From assembly GCA_017451545.1 (NCBI GenBank), contig JAFTOB010000025.1, forward strand, positions 3,721 through 67,720: 64,000 nucleotides of DNA, read 5' to 3'. Positions within the stretch are counted from its first letter, which is position 1. Every line of letters begins with the position of its first letter. The position numbers were made by a program, and so were the translations under genes. The notes beneath the pieces were generated by a model that was not told the origin of the DNA, ran no database searches, and saw only the letters and a list, made by a program, of their open reading frames with translations. This stretch comes from Clostridia bacterium. Its GTDB lineage: Bacteria > Bacillota > Clostridia > Oscillospirales > CAG-272. Positions 39,075 to 48,311 of this stretch are shown here, piece by piece.

Positions 39075-41124
39075 ACTGTGCTGCTTTGCGCAGAACGATC
39101 TCGGGGTACTTGAGGTAGCAGACGTAATCCACAAATCCCCACTGACCCTTGTAGGTGGAGGGATTCTCGGGGACTGCGGTACCAACGTACCAGTGCTCGG
39201 TATCTACGCGGTAAGAAACAACCTTACCGTCCTTTGCGGTCTCAACGATCTGGAAGCCCCAAACGTCATCCATATCGTGGAAGTCGAAGTTATAGTAAGC
39301 CTTGTATCCTGCAGGGCCGTTCATTGTTGTGTAAACAGTATCGCTGTAGGAGAAGGAACCGGTATTGATGATTCCCGCGCTCATGCCGTCCATACCCTTT
39401 TCAAGGCCTGCATAGTGGTGGTTATGTGCATCAAAGAGGCAACGTACGTTTCCGTATGCCGCAATGGTCTCGGCCATAGTTCCGAGGCCTGCCTCGCCTC
39501 TGCCGAACCAGTGAGAGCCAAGGAAGATATTGGGAGCGCTCTTGTGCTTCTCAAGCTCAGCGGTGAGCCACTCTGCATCAATGTCAGTCCAGGAAATGCC
39601 GGAGCCGCCGGAGTTAGTGCCACGGGCAGGATCGAAGGTGTCGCACATAATGAATACGTCACCGTTTCTGGGGTTGACCCAAGAATACTGTCTCTCTACG
39701 CCGAACCATTTCTTCCAAATGTTGTTGGAGTAGCCGTCGTGGTTTCCGCCGACGGGCATGATCGGAATATTCAGCTCCTTGGAGAGAGGCACGAGGTACT
39801 CGGTCCAAAGCTTATCGGCAAAACGACCGAGGTGGGTATTGTGGGGCGGGTCGTCGGTGGAAAGGTCACCGAGAACGAAGATGGCATCAAGGCCGCGCTG
39901 ATTGTACTCGTCGCGGATATCGTTGCACATCATCTCCAAACGCTCCTTGTTTGTCCAACCGCGGTACTTGTCACGGTTGACAAAGGAGTTGGGAATCTCT
40001 GCGGCGGCATAATGGATATCGGAGATAAGCAGATATCTGCCGGTGAGATCTTCCTTCTCAATGGAATACTCGGTAACGTCCCACTTGGTGGGCTGATACT
40101 CGAGAGCAGACTTATTATTGGTTGCGATGTACTTGGTGAGCTCGGCGATATTACCGGTCACAAGGAAGGTGTAGCGGGCCGAAATGGCCTTTGCCCAACC
40201 CTCTTCGTTGTCGGAAACAGCGGTCCAGCTCTCATCGTAGCCGGAGGAAGCAATATCATCGTGCTTGACTGTGGGATCAAACGGCTGTCTTGCCTCGAAG
40301 TAATTGTCGATCTTGTAGTAGGTCTTCTCAACGGTGTTGGTGATAAAGCTTGCAAGCTCGGTGTTAGCAGCATCGGCCTTGCTCCAAGAGGCGAGCTTAG
40401 CGATACCGGGAGTAACCATCATAGTGGAGTAAGCGTTGTGCTTCTTAACTGCCTCGTAAACGGGGCCGTCGATCATCGCGGGATAGGTCTTCGCGGTGGG
40501 ATCGTTGGTGAAGTAGATAAAGCACTTGCCCTTGCAGAGTGCAACAACGTCCTCAAACTTGGGAATGAGCTTGTCGGAAGTAGTTCCGTCTGCATTCTTC
40601 AGATTGAGCTTGCAGATCTGCTCATAGGTCCAATCGGAGGCTCTGCCGATCGCGGGAAGTCCCTCGTTCTTCTCTCTTGCCTCGTAGAAGTTGGTGCTGT
40701 CGGTAAGGTTGTCCTTGGGCATTGCAATGATAACGCCATCCGATGTTTTTGCAAGATAAACACCGATAGCATCGGCACCAAGCTCGATAGCGGCGCTCAT
40801 AGCCTCAAGGGAGCCTATGGGGTAATTGACGGTGTCGCCACCCCAAGCAACGCTCATGGGTCTGCCGTAGAAGTTACCTACAGCGGCAAGCTTCTCGTCA
40901 AAGTTGGTAAGCCAATCGGGCTGGGTGTAGGTGGGCTCTTCCTGTCCGGGATCGCCGCCGGTGGTTCCGGGGTTTTCGGTGGTTCCGGGTGCTTCGGTCG
41001 TGCCGGGCTTTTCGGTAGTAGCATCCGACGCGCCGTTGTCACCGCACGCGATAAGAGAAACTACGCCGAGAAGCATTACCAGAGACAAAACCATTGAAAT
41101 CAGTCTTGTGAAATTTCTTTTCAT
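39073..41124 (-). CDS. lipoprotein: degenerate GDPD-like domain plus C-terminal metallophosphoesterase (683 aa)
   Basis: The lipobox is LIAC, followed by a T/E/P/G-rich linker. The GDPD-like stretch (VAWGGDTVNYPIGSLEAMSAAIELGADAIGVYLAKTSDGVIIAM, LIPKFEDVVALC) lacks the catalytic His/Glu/Asp. MPE motifs are ISDIH, VLGDLSTDD, GGNHDG, GSHW and DAHNHH. Confidence 0.75.
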   Translation of the reverse strand: MKRNFTRLISMVLSLVMLLGVVSLIACGDNGASDATTEKPGTTEAPGTTENPGTTGGDPGQEEPTYTQPDWLTNFDEKLAAVGNFYGRPMSVAWGGDTVNYPIGSLEAMSAAIELGADAIGVYLAKTSDGVIIAMPKDNLTDSTNFYEAREKNEGLPAIGRASDWTYEQICKLNLKNADGTTSDKLIPKFEDVVALCKGKCFIYFTNDPTAKTYPAMIDGPVYEAVKKHNAYSTMMVTPGIAKLASWSKADAANTELASFITNTVEKTYYKIDNYFEARQPFDPTVKHDDIASSGYDESWTAVSDNEEGWAKAISARYTFLVTGNIAELTKYIATNNKSALEYQPTKWDVTEYSIEKEDLTGRYLLISDIHYAAAEIPNSFVNRDKYRGWTNKERLEMMCNDIRDEYNQRGLDAIFVLGDLSTDDPPHNTHLGRFADKLWTEYLVPLSKELNIPIMPVGGNHDGYSNNIWKKWFGVERQYSWVNPRNGDVFIMCDTFDPARGTNSGGSGISWTDIDAEWLTAELEKHKSAPNIFLGSHWFGRGEAGLGTMAETIAAYGNVRCLFDAHNHHYAGLEKGMDGMSAGIINTGSFSYSDTVYTTMNGPAGYKAYYNFDFHDMDDVWGFQIVETAKDGKVVSYRVDTEHWYVGTAVPENPSTYKGQWGFVDYVCYLKYPEIVLRKAAQ

Positions 41125-41167
41125 TGTAACTGCTTCCTTTCTTTATTTTCCAAAAATTTGGTTCAAA

Positions 41168-43177
41168 TTATTTAATGACGTCGGCCTTCTTGACGTCAAC
41201 GGTGACGGTACCCTCGCAGGCAATCTCTTTGCCGTTTACCGATACGGTGGCTCCCGCCTTACCGATGACGGTGAACTTACCGTCACACTTGGCAACGAGG
41301 CCGTTCTCGGTCACGTCATAGGTTCCGGGGGCGATCATCTTCTCGGATGCGCCGATGACAGCCTTGCCGTTCTCAAGCTTTACAATGGAGTAGAGTCTGA
41401 AAACGTCGGGATTGGGCAGATCAATGGAGATCTTGTCGTCGGCGTTAACAATGACACCTTCCTTAGTGAAGTACTCGTAAACCGCAACCTCGCCGTCAAA
41501 TCCGAAATCTGCGGGGCAGATATCGCCCTTGACCGCGCCATCCTCGGCATCAAGGTTGAAGGCAGCCACAAGAGTTGCACCGTTCTTTACAGAGGTGATC
41601 TTGATGGGCTTCTTCTCGGTGGTGGGATTAACAGTCAGGCAGTCGAGAGTAGGACGTGCAGGTCTTTCGGTACGGATGATAGTTCCGTCATCGAAGATCA
41701 GAGGCCAGAGGATCTCGGGCTTGGTCTGACCGTTCTTATCGCTGACGTAGATAGGACCGCCGCTGATTGCACGGCAAACGCTGTTCTTAAGGCCCTGTCC
41801 GTCGCCTGTCCACCACATATCCCAGTCATTGTAGTAATACTGACCCTGAACGAGGGAGTTAAAGGTGCACTGGAGGATATGATTTGCAAACCACTCGCGG
41901 TTCTCGGGCTGGAAGTCGCCGGAGCAACGTGCGATGGAGCTTATGTTGCGGTTGAACATATTCTCGTTAGCCATGCACATGCAGTTGATGAGGTCGACCT
42001 CACCGTCGTGTCCGAAGTATTCAATGCAGGAGTTCTCAACTGCGCCCTGAACGTTCTTGGCCATCTCGCCAACAGGTTTGCCGCTGTTATGATAATTGGT
42101 GATATAGGAGCTCTGGTTGTCGATCTTGAGGAAGTCGGCGCCGCAGTCCTTGAACCACTTTGCGATACCGTTGAAAGCCTTCTTTGCCTTATCGGCATCG
42201 GTGGAAATGAGCCACTTGCCGTTATGCTTCATAAGGCAATCCTCATATTCCTTGAAGAAATCGCCCTTCTGATCAAAGCCGCTCCAATAGCCGGTGATGG
42301 GATACCACATACCGACCTTCAGGCCCTCTGCGTGGATCTTTTCGATGCACTTTGCAAGTCCGTTCGGGAACTTCTCCTTATCGCCCTCGAAGGAGGCCAG
42401 CTTTGCACGGCCGTGGATGATTCCCCAATGGCGTCTCTCCTCGGAAACACCGACAAACAGCGGAACGTCTGCCCACATATCGTCGATAATTACCCAATCG
42501 ATGGGAAGTCCCTTATCCTTGAATTCCTTGATCTTTTCCTGAATACCGTCGTCATTTACGAAAATGTTGAAGGCATCCCAGGTGCACCAGCCGATCTTCT
42601 CGAAGATGGCGGGATACTTCTTTTCGTCACGCATCATAGTGCCGTTGTCAAGGAGCTTTGCAATATATCTCGCGATCTTCTCGATCAGCTCATAGGGATC
42701 GTTGCCTGTTGCGCAGACGAAGGAGAGCTGATTTTCGCAGGAAGAAAGCTTATCGGTGTAGCTTTCGACTACCAGAGTTACGCCGTTCTCTGCACCGCGG
42801 AGGGTGGACTTATAGGTGTTGTAGCAGACAGGGAAAGCGCAGAACCAGCTGCCGTCCTCAAGCTTTGAGAGAAGGGCCTGGGTCTGATCGGGTATGTCCT
42901 TGGTGTTCTTGGCAAAAGCCGGAGCGCACCAGAAAGCGCATCTTCTGTAGTTGGCCATGCTTTCGACAACACCGCTGAGCTCATAGGTGATCTCAATTGC
43001 GTTATTTGCCGTAAAAGTACCGCTTTCAAGCTTTGCATCAACGTATACGGCGTACATTCCGTCGTTTTCCGTGGCGCTGACCTTAACCTCGGTGTTGCTG
43101 TGTCCAAGCTCGACCTTCAAGCCCGATGTGATGATCTTTGAAGGGGCAGTCAAGCTTATAACGTTCTTAACTTCCAT
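41168..43177 (-). CDS. cytoplasmic GH36-clan enzyme of the raffinose-synthase/Sip1 (alkaline alpha-galactosidase) family
   Basis: No signal peptide. The motifs GWCTWDAF, FLKIDNQS and NDWDMWW are present. Confidence 0.75.
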   Translation of the reverse strand: MEVKNVISLTAPSKIITSGLKVELGHSNTEVKVSATENDGMYAVYVDAKLESGTFTANNAIEITYELSGVVESMANYRRCAFWCAPAFAKNTKDIPDQTQALLSKLEDGSWFCAFPVCYNTYKSTLRGAENGVTLVVESYTDKLSSCENQLSFVCATGNDPYELIEKIARYIAKLLDNGTMMRDEKKYPAIFEKIGWCTWDAFNIFVNDDGIQEKIKEFKDKGLPIDWVIIDDMWADVPLFVGVSEERRHWGIIHGRAKLASFEGDKEKFPNGLAKCIEKIHAEGLKVGMWYPITGYWSGFDQKGDFFKEYEDCLMKHNGKWLISTDADKAKKAFNGIAKWFKDCGADFLKIDNQSSYITNYHNSGKPVGEMAKNVQGAVENSCIEYFGHDGEVDLINCMCMANENMFNRNISSIARCSGDFQPENREWFANHILQCTFNSLVQGQYYYNDWDMWWTGDGQGLKNSVCRAISGGPIYVSDKNGQTKPEILWPLIFDDGTIIRTERPARPTLDCLTVNPTTEKKPIKITSVKNGATLVAAFNLDAEDGAVKGDICPADFGFDGEVAVYEYFTKEGVIVNADDKISIDLPNPDVFRLYSIVKLENGKAVIGASEKMIAPGTYDVTENGLVAKCDGKFTVIGKAGATVSVNGKEIACEGTVTVDVKKADVIK

Positions 43178-43191
43178 TCCGGTTCTTCTCC

Positions 43192-44016
43192 TTACCTTAA
43201 AGTGAAATTTTCAGGCAAGCCCTCGGTGCTTTTTATTCTGCTGACGTCGGACTTGATAATATCTGTAAACTTTTTCCCTACTCCGCTGTATTTCGCGCCT
43301 GCCATTCTGTTGTAAGGCAGAAGCTCAACGGGAGCGCCGTCGGCGATCCTTGCGATGCCTGCGAGATTTTCGTCGGTATCGGTGATGCCGGGGATCAGAG
43401 GCGTTCTGATCTTGAAATTGATTCCGCTCTTTTTGAGCCACTCGAGGTTTTCAAGTATCAGATCGTTATAAACGCCCGTATATTTTTTGTGTTCCTCGCG
43501 GTCTGCGAGCTTTACGTCGAAATAAACGGTATCGCAAAGAGAGGCAACTCTGATAAAGTCCTCCTGCTTTGCGTATCCGCAAGTCTCAATGAGAACGTGG
43601 ATGGGCTTGAGGGCCGTGATGAGCTCAACAGCGAAGTCGGGCTGCATCATCACCTCGCCACCCGAAAGGGTAACTCCGCCGCCCGTGGAACGGAAGAGAT
43701 CCTCTTCCCTCTTTATATCGGCGGCAAGCTCCTCTGCCGAGTAGAGTTTTCCTACGGCCTTGACAAGGCCCTTGGGGCAGATATGTATGCATCGGCCAAG
43801 CCCTCGACAGTCCTCGTGATCGCAGGGCTGCTTGCACAGTCCGCAATGGGTGCACCCGTTATGGGTGATGAAAAGCTCACGTTTTGGGGACAGCCCCTCG
43901 GGGTTATGGCACCAGATGCAACGGAGCGGGCATCCCTTAAAGAACACCGTGGTGCGGATGCCCGGGCCGTCGTTAAGCGAAAATTCTTTTATGTCAAAAA
44001 TGACACCCTTTGTCAT
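43192..44016 (-). CDS. glycyl-radical enzyme activating protein (radical SAM)
   Basis: CPLRCIWCHNPE, GGGVTLSGGE, and an auxiliary Cys-rich insert CTHCGLCKQPC...CIHICP. It overlaps the GRE gene by 4 nt. Confidence 0.9.
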   Translation of the reverse strand: MTKGVIFDIKEFSLNDGPGIRTTVFFKGCPLRCIWCHNPEGLSPKRELFITHNGCTHCGLCKQPCDHEDCRGLGRCIHICPKGLVKAVGKLYSAEELAADIKREEDLFRSTGGGVTLSGGEVMMQPDFAVELITALKPIHVLIETCGYAKQEDFIRVASLCDTVYFDVKLADREEHKKYTGVYNDLILENLEWLKKSGINFKIRTPLIPGITDTDENLAGIARIADGAPVELLPYNRMAGAKYSGVGKKFTDIIKSDVSRIKSTEGLPENFTLR

Positions 44017-45995
44017 ACGTCGTATTCCTGACGGGCGATAACGTGATTCTGATAATCGCGCTCAAGCTCTACAAAGTATGCGCTCCAGCCCCAGATGCGG
44101 ACAACGAGATGACCGTGGTTCTCGGGGTGGATCTGTGCGTCCTTCATAGTCTCAAGGTTGACGGCGTTGAGCTGGAGCTGGTGACCGCCGCGCTGAATGA
44201 AGTAACGTACAAGCTCGGCGACCTTCTTCTTGGACTCGTCGTCGCGGAAGGCGAGGGACGAGAATTCGAGAGTGAGAGGTCCGCCGTTGATGACCTTATC
44301 AAAGTGCTGCTTCGTGAAGGAGCGGATGACCGATACGGGGCCCTTGATCTTGGAGAACAGGTTGCAGGAGAAGTTGGTGCCGAAGGGCTCGCCTCTCAGT
44401 CTGCCGTCTGCGGTGGCGCCGGTCTCGGCGGCCTGCCAGAGGTAGTTCATAGCACTTCCCGTTCCGGCTCTGAAGATACCGCCGTAAACGTTCTTTCTGC
44501 CCTTGAAGGCGGCCGAGAAGGTATCGAGCAGATCGGCCGAAATATCATCGACCCAATCTATATCGTTGCCCATCTTGGGAGCCTCAACGCGGAGGATGTG
44601 GAGCAGCTCGGGATCGTCGTTAAAGTTGGTTCCCAGAGCGTGGAGAAGTCTTTCGGGGGTTACGGTCTTATCGTCGAACACGTACTTCTTGACGGCGGCG
44701 AGAGAATCTGTGCCGCTGGCGATGGCCGTGCCGTGAATACCGTAGTTATTGTACTTGATCTCACCCGAGAGCATATCCATCATCGGGGAGGGTACGAACC
44801 ATCTTGCCGAGTAGCAATGCTCGACCAGGCGGTTAACGTCAAATCTGATGACCTCGCGGACGTAATCCATCAGCTCGTCGAAGGTCTTGGCGGTTTCGAT
44901 CTTTGCGACGATTGCGGAGTTTACGACCTTGGAGAAGTTAAGCGAATCGAGGTTAACGATATCGTGGGAAACGCCGGGAACGATGAACTCCCAGCAAGCA
45001 GCCATGCCGTAGTTTACTGCGTCCTCGTAAGCGTAGCCGAGGTCAAGCAGTGCGGGCAGTGCGATATCGTCATTGGAATACTGAGGGAAGCCGAGGCCTG
45101 CCTCGGTCAGCTCGGTGCAGAGCTCGTAGACCTCAAGAGGAGTGTCCTTGTTTACGCGGACGTTGATCTTGGGATCGATGACCTTCAGGTTGCGGCTGGC
45201 GATAAGGCAGAGTCTGGAGAAATCCGAGAAGCTGTCACCGCCGTCGACGGTCTTACCGCCGAGCACGAGGCTCTGGCCGTTATCACCCTGCTGTACACCG
45301 GGGTAAAGGTCATTGTCGATGTTGAAGGAGAGGAAGAAGTCCTCGATAAGCTCGAGCGCGCTCTCCTTGGTCAGTCTACCGGCCTTGATATCAGCCTCGT
45401 AGTAGGGGTTCATCATAAGGTCGAAGCGACCGACGGTGTTGTGGTATGTACCCTCCATCCACAGAGAGTAGTGGAGGATGCGGAAGAACTGCATAGCCTC
45501 ACGCAGGGTCTCAGCGCCCTTGCGCGGGATCTTCGTAAGGATCTCAACGATATCCTCCCTGCCCTGCTTCTTTGCCTCGGCGCAGTAGCGGTCAGTCAGG
45601 TCAAGAATAGCGGCGATCTCCTTTTTCTGGAACTCGTTTGCAGTCTCAAGCTCCGCCTCAAGGCCGCGGGCGATGGTGCGACCGTACAGAGGGGTGAGGT
45701 TGGAGACGAAGCCCAGCTCGTGGAGCTTGTGCTTTCTGCCGATCTCCTCCCACTCGGCATCGGTATAGATCTTGGGCTGCTTTTTCACGGTTCTCATAAA
45801 GACAATCTGCTGACCCTCAAAAATGGTGGGGACCTCGTCAGCCATCATCTTGACGAATCTGTCTGCAACTCTGTCGGCATCGGATACGCCGCGAGCGCAG
45901 TAATCGGCCGCCAGCTCGCCGTTATCCACGTAATCGTGGCGGAGAGCGCGGTGAGCCTTTTCGTTAACGATAAAATTATAAAGATTCTGATTCAT
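44013..45995 (-). CDS. glycyl-radical enzyme, PFL2/dehydratase-like, unusually short (660 aa)
   Basis: GRFDLMMNPYY, QSLVLGG, GFPQYSNDD, the Cys loop GMAACWEFIVPG (Cys334-x-Glu336), and the C-terminal glycine loop HLVVRIWGWSAYFVEL (Gly636). Confidence 0.85.
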   Translation of the reverse strand: MNQNLYNFIVNEKAHRALRHDYVDNGELAADYCARGVSDADRVADRFVKMMADEVPTIFEGQQIVFMRTVKKQPKIYTDAEWEEIGRKHKLHELGFVSNLTPLYGRTIARGLEAELETANEFQKKEIAAILDLTDRYCAEAKKQGREDIVEILTKIPRKGAETLREAMQFFRILHYSLWMEGTYHNTVGRFDLMMNPYYEADIKAGRLTKESALELIEDFFLSFNIDNDLYPGVQQGDNGQSLVLGGKTVDGGDSFSDFSRLCLIASRNLKVIDPKINVRVNKDTPLEVYELCTELTEAGLGFPQYSNDDIALPALLDLGYAYEDAVNYGMAACWEFIVPGVSHDIVNLDSLNFSKVVNSAIVAKIETAKTFDELMDYVREVIRFDVNRLVEHCYSARWFVPSPMMDMLSGEIKYNNYGIHGTAIASGTDSLAAVKKYVFDDKTVTPERLLHALGTNFNDDPELLHILRVEAPKMGNDIDWVDDISADLLDTFSAAFKGRKNVYGGIFRAGTGSAMNYLWQAAETGATADGRLRGEPFGTNFSCNLFSKIKGPVSVIRSFTKQHFDKVINGGPLTLEFSSLAFRDDESKKKVAELVRYFIQRGGHQLQLNAVNLETMKDAQIHPENHGHLVVRIWGWSAYFVELERDYQNHVIARQEYDV

Positions 45996-46097
45996 AGTTA
46001 GCCTTTCTACGGTCTCATATGCGTGTGACCGTGATCAAATTGTGCAAATATTTAGATTCGAGGGACATTTCAGGCGCATTGATCTGCCCCTCATATC

Positions 46098-46126
46098 ATT
46101 TTACCATAAAGTTCTGTAAAAATCAA
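46098..46126 (-). promoter_or_regulatory. sigma-A promoter ahead of the GRE gene
   Basis: On the minus strand: TTGATT-N17-TAAAAT with a TG extension. It leaves a leader of about 95 nt before ATG 45995. Confidence 0.55.
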
Positions 46127-46154
46127 CTATAAAATAAAGACTTTAACAATTTTT

Positions 46155-48167
46155 TTAATTCTCTTCGGCGGTGTTTTTCAGTAGCATCTCGGCATACTTG
46201 GTATAAGGAGTATAAACCGTGCTTCCGCCCGAAAAATAATATCTTCTCTCGGTGTCGATGCGGTAGCTGATGACCATATCCTCTGTTGTCTCAAGGATCT
46301 GGAAGCCCCAAAGGCAGCCCTTTGAACCGCAGGAGCAAGGTGCACCAAAATCGCCGTTAAAATCACCGTAAGAGTAAGTGCCGGTGTTTATGATGATCTT
46401 GTCCGTACCCGAAAGCTGGCGGGATTCGCTCTGGTGGTGAACGTGACCGTCAAAGAGGCAGACCACGTTATCATAGTCCCTTACAACGCTGGCAACCTCA
46501 CCGCCCGCAAAATAGTGCGAAAGCAGGAAAACGTTCTCTCTGTCCTTATATTTTTCGAGCTGCTCGGTGAGCCACTCGACGTCTATACCCGTATAGTTGT
46601 TGCCATTGGCGTAGTTGCCGTCAAACTTGGCATCGTTGCCGTCGGCGGGATCGTAAACGTCGCAGACTATGAATATATTCTGCCCGTCGTCCACGACGTA
46701 CTGACGGTCAAGGCCCGAGAATTCTTTCCACACCTCGTTTGAGTGGCTGTCGTGGTTGCCTCCCATTACGTAAACGGGGATGCCCAGCTCCTCGGACAGC
46801 GGCACGAAGAACTTTTCGTAGACCGCCTTGCAGGCGTTGACGGTATAGCCCGTCCACTTGTCATCCTCAATTCCCTCGTAGTAATCGTCGGTGGAAAGAT
46901 CACCGAGAATATAAACGGCATCAAGACCGCGAACGCTGTGCTCGTAACGGATATCGTCGCAAAGCTCCTGCATTCGCTGATCATTGGTAAATCCGCGGTA
47001 CTGTACACGGTTTTTCTGACCTGCGCGCTCAGCCATAACGTAGTGGATATCCGAAACCAGCAGGTATCTTCCCGTCAGATCCGAGGCGTTGAGAGAATAA
47101 GTAACGCCTTCCTCGCCTTCGGGGTTGTACTCAAGAGCGGAGCGGAAATTATCCGCGATCCACTGTGTGTATTCCGCAAGGTTATTTGTGATCAAAAAGC
47201 CGATATTCGAGGCTCCCGCAAGCTTCCAGCCAAAGGGATCGTCGGTAGAACCGAGCCACATAATATCCCAATCGGGGACGGTGTGAGTGAACGGCGCTCT
47301 TCCCTCCACGGGCTTTCCGCTGTCAAAGTGAGTTTCACGGATGCTGTCCATAAAGGCTGCAAGCTTCTCGTTTCCGGAGTCCTCCTGAAGCCACTCGTTA
47401 AGTCTTTCGACTCCGGGCGTTATGGCAAAGGACGAATAGGCGTTGTATCTCGCGGCCAGATCGTAAAACTGAGAGTCATAGGTATCGATGCAATTGTCAA
47501 TATTGGCAATGTAGATAAGGCACTTGCCCGCGCAGAGCGCCACCACCTGCTCAAGGGTGGGAATGATCTCGTCCGAGACCGAGCCGTCCGCATTCTTCAA
47601 TCGGAGCTGCTTGATCTGATCGTAGGTCCAATCACGAGGACGCCATATATGAGGCAACCCGTTCTGCCCTGCTTTGTTGAGAATATCCGTTGAGTCGCCG
47701 AGGGAACCCGTTGTCATAGCGACAAGAACGCCGTCGTAGGTCTTATTGACGTTAATGACAATGGCATCCGCTCCGAAAGCGATGGCGTACTTCATTGCCT
47801 TCAGCGAGCCTGCGGGATATACCGAGGCGTCGCCGCCGATCACGGCGCTCATGCTTCTGCCGTAACGGTTTGACTGTGCGGCCAGCTTCTCTTTGATATC
47901 AAACATCCACTCGGGACGGCTGACCTCAGGAAGCTCGATCGGCGTGTCTGACGGACTCGTAGTCACGTCCCCGCCGTCGGGCGCACTTGTGTCGGGAGTA
48001 TTTGCGGACGTGCCCGGAGCGTCGGTGCCCGAGGTACCCTCGGGTCCGACGGTTGTGACAGTTTCCGATCCGTCCCCCTCTCCGCCGCATGAAAGGGCGA
48101 AGGCCGAGTTTATCAGTAATGCGGCAAGCATAAGCCACACTATCAGTCGTTTTGCACTTTTATTCAT
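46155..48167 (-). CDS. lipoprotein: degenerate GDPD-like domain plus C-terminal metallophosphoesterase (670 aa)
   Basis: Trimmed to the ATG at 48167 (GAGGAG RBS; MNKSAKRLIVWLMLAALLINSAFALSC lipobox). The GDPD-like stretch is AVIGGDASVYPAGSLKAMKYAIAFGADAIVINVNKTYDGVLVAM and IPTLEQVVALC. MPE motifs are VSDIH, ILGDLSTDD, GGNHDS, LSHY and DGHVHH. Confidence 0.75.
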   Translation of the reverse strand: MNKSAKRLIVWLMLAALLINSAFALSCGGEGDGSETVTTVGPEGTSGTDAPGTSANTPDTSAPDGGDVTTSPSDTPIELPEVSRPEWMFDIKEKLAAQSNRYGRSMSAVIGGDASVYPAGSLKAMKYAIAFGADAIVINVNKTYDGVLVAMTTGSLGDSTDILNKAGQNGLPHIWRPRDWTYDQIKQLRLKNADGSVSDEIIPTLEQVVALCAGKCLIYIANIDNCIDTYDSQFYDLAARYNAYSSFAITPGVERLNEWLQEDSGNEKLAAFMDSIRETHFDSGKPVEGRAPFTHTVPDWDIMWLGSTDDPFGWKLAGASNIGFLITNNLAEYTQWIADNFRSALEYNPEGEEGVTYSLNASDLTGRYLLVSDIHYVMAERAGQKNRVQYRGFTNDQRMQELCDDIRYEHSVRGLDAVYILGDLSTDDYYEGIEDDKWTGYTVNACKAVYEKFFVPLSEELGIPVYVMGGNHDSHSNEVWKEFSGLDRQYVVDDGQNIFIVCDVYDPADGNDAKFDGNYANGNNYTGIDVEWLTEQLEKYKDRENVFLLSHYFAGGEVASVVRDYDNVVCLFDGHVHHQSESRQLSGTDKIIINTGTYSYGDFNGDFGAPCSCGSKGCLWGFQILETTEDMVISYRIDTERRYYFSGGSTVYTPYTKYAEMLLKNTAEEN

Positions 48168-48177
48168 TGCAAGCTCC

Positions 48178-48303
48178 TCAATCCACAAGATCTTCCCAAT
48201 TATCGGTGACACCCGAGCCCTCGGCCTCGGTGCTCACCGTTATAACGTCTTCCGTAAGAACGGTCAGCAGCTCGACCGTGGGCGTTTCATATTTATTCTT
48301 CAT
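48178..48303 (-). CDS. unannotated 41-aa acidic small ORF (MKNKYETPTVELLTVLTEDVITVSTEAEGSGVTDNWEDLVD)
   Basis: Hand-translated, below the track cutoff. It fills the gap between two genes. An in-frame upstream ATG at 48315 overlaps the stop of the 977-aa gene (ATGA). Its own stop lies inside the RBS region of the next gene. Confidence 0.4.
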   Translation of the reverse strand: MKNKYETPTVELLTVLTEDVITVSTEAEGSGVTDNWEDLVD

Positions 48304-48311
48304 TTTTACTC

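Noticed and set aside
44010-46001. Very long plus-strand ORFs that mirror minus-strand genes almost end to end. Examples are 44010-46001 (663 aa) opposite the GRE, 48894-51221, 22042-23916, 25110-26885, 39193-41097, 40931-42868 and 54681-56621. Similar minus-strand shadows occur at 4776-5900, 10324-11121 and 29687-31015.
   Set aside because: The three plus-strand cases I checked (44010, 48894 and 22042) are in the same codon register as the opposite gene, with offsets that are multiples of 3. Antisense stops then arise only from sense TTA/CTA/TCA codons, which appear to be rare in these genes. Their products are Gly/Val/Ala/Arg-rich with no motifs, RBSs or signal peptides, whereas the opposite-strand genes have strong family signatures. 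I treat them as shadow ORFs, not overlapping genes.
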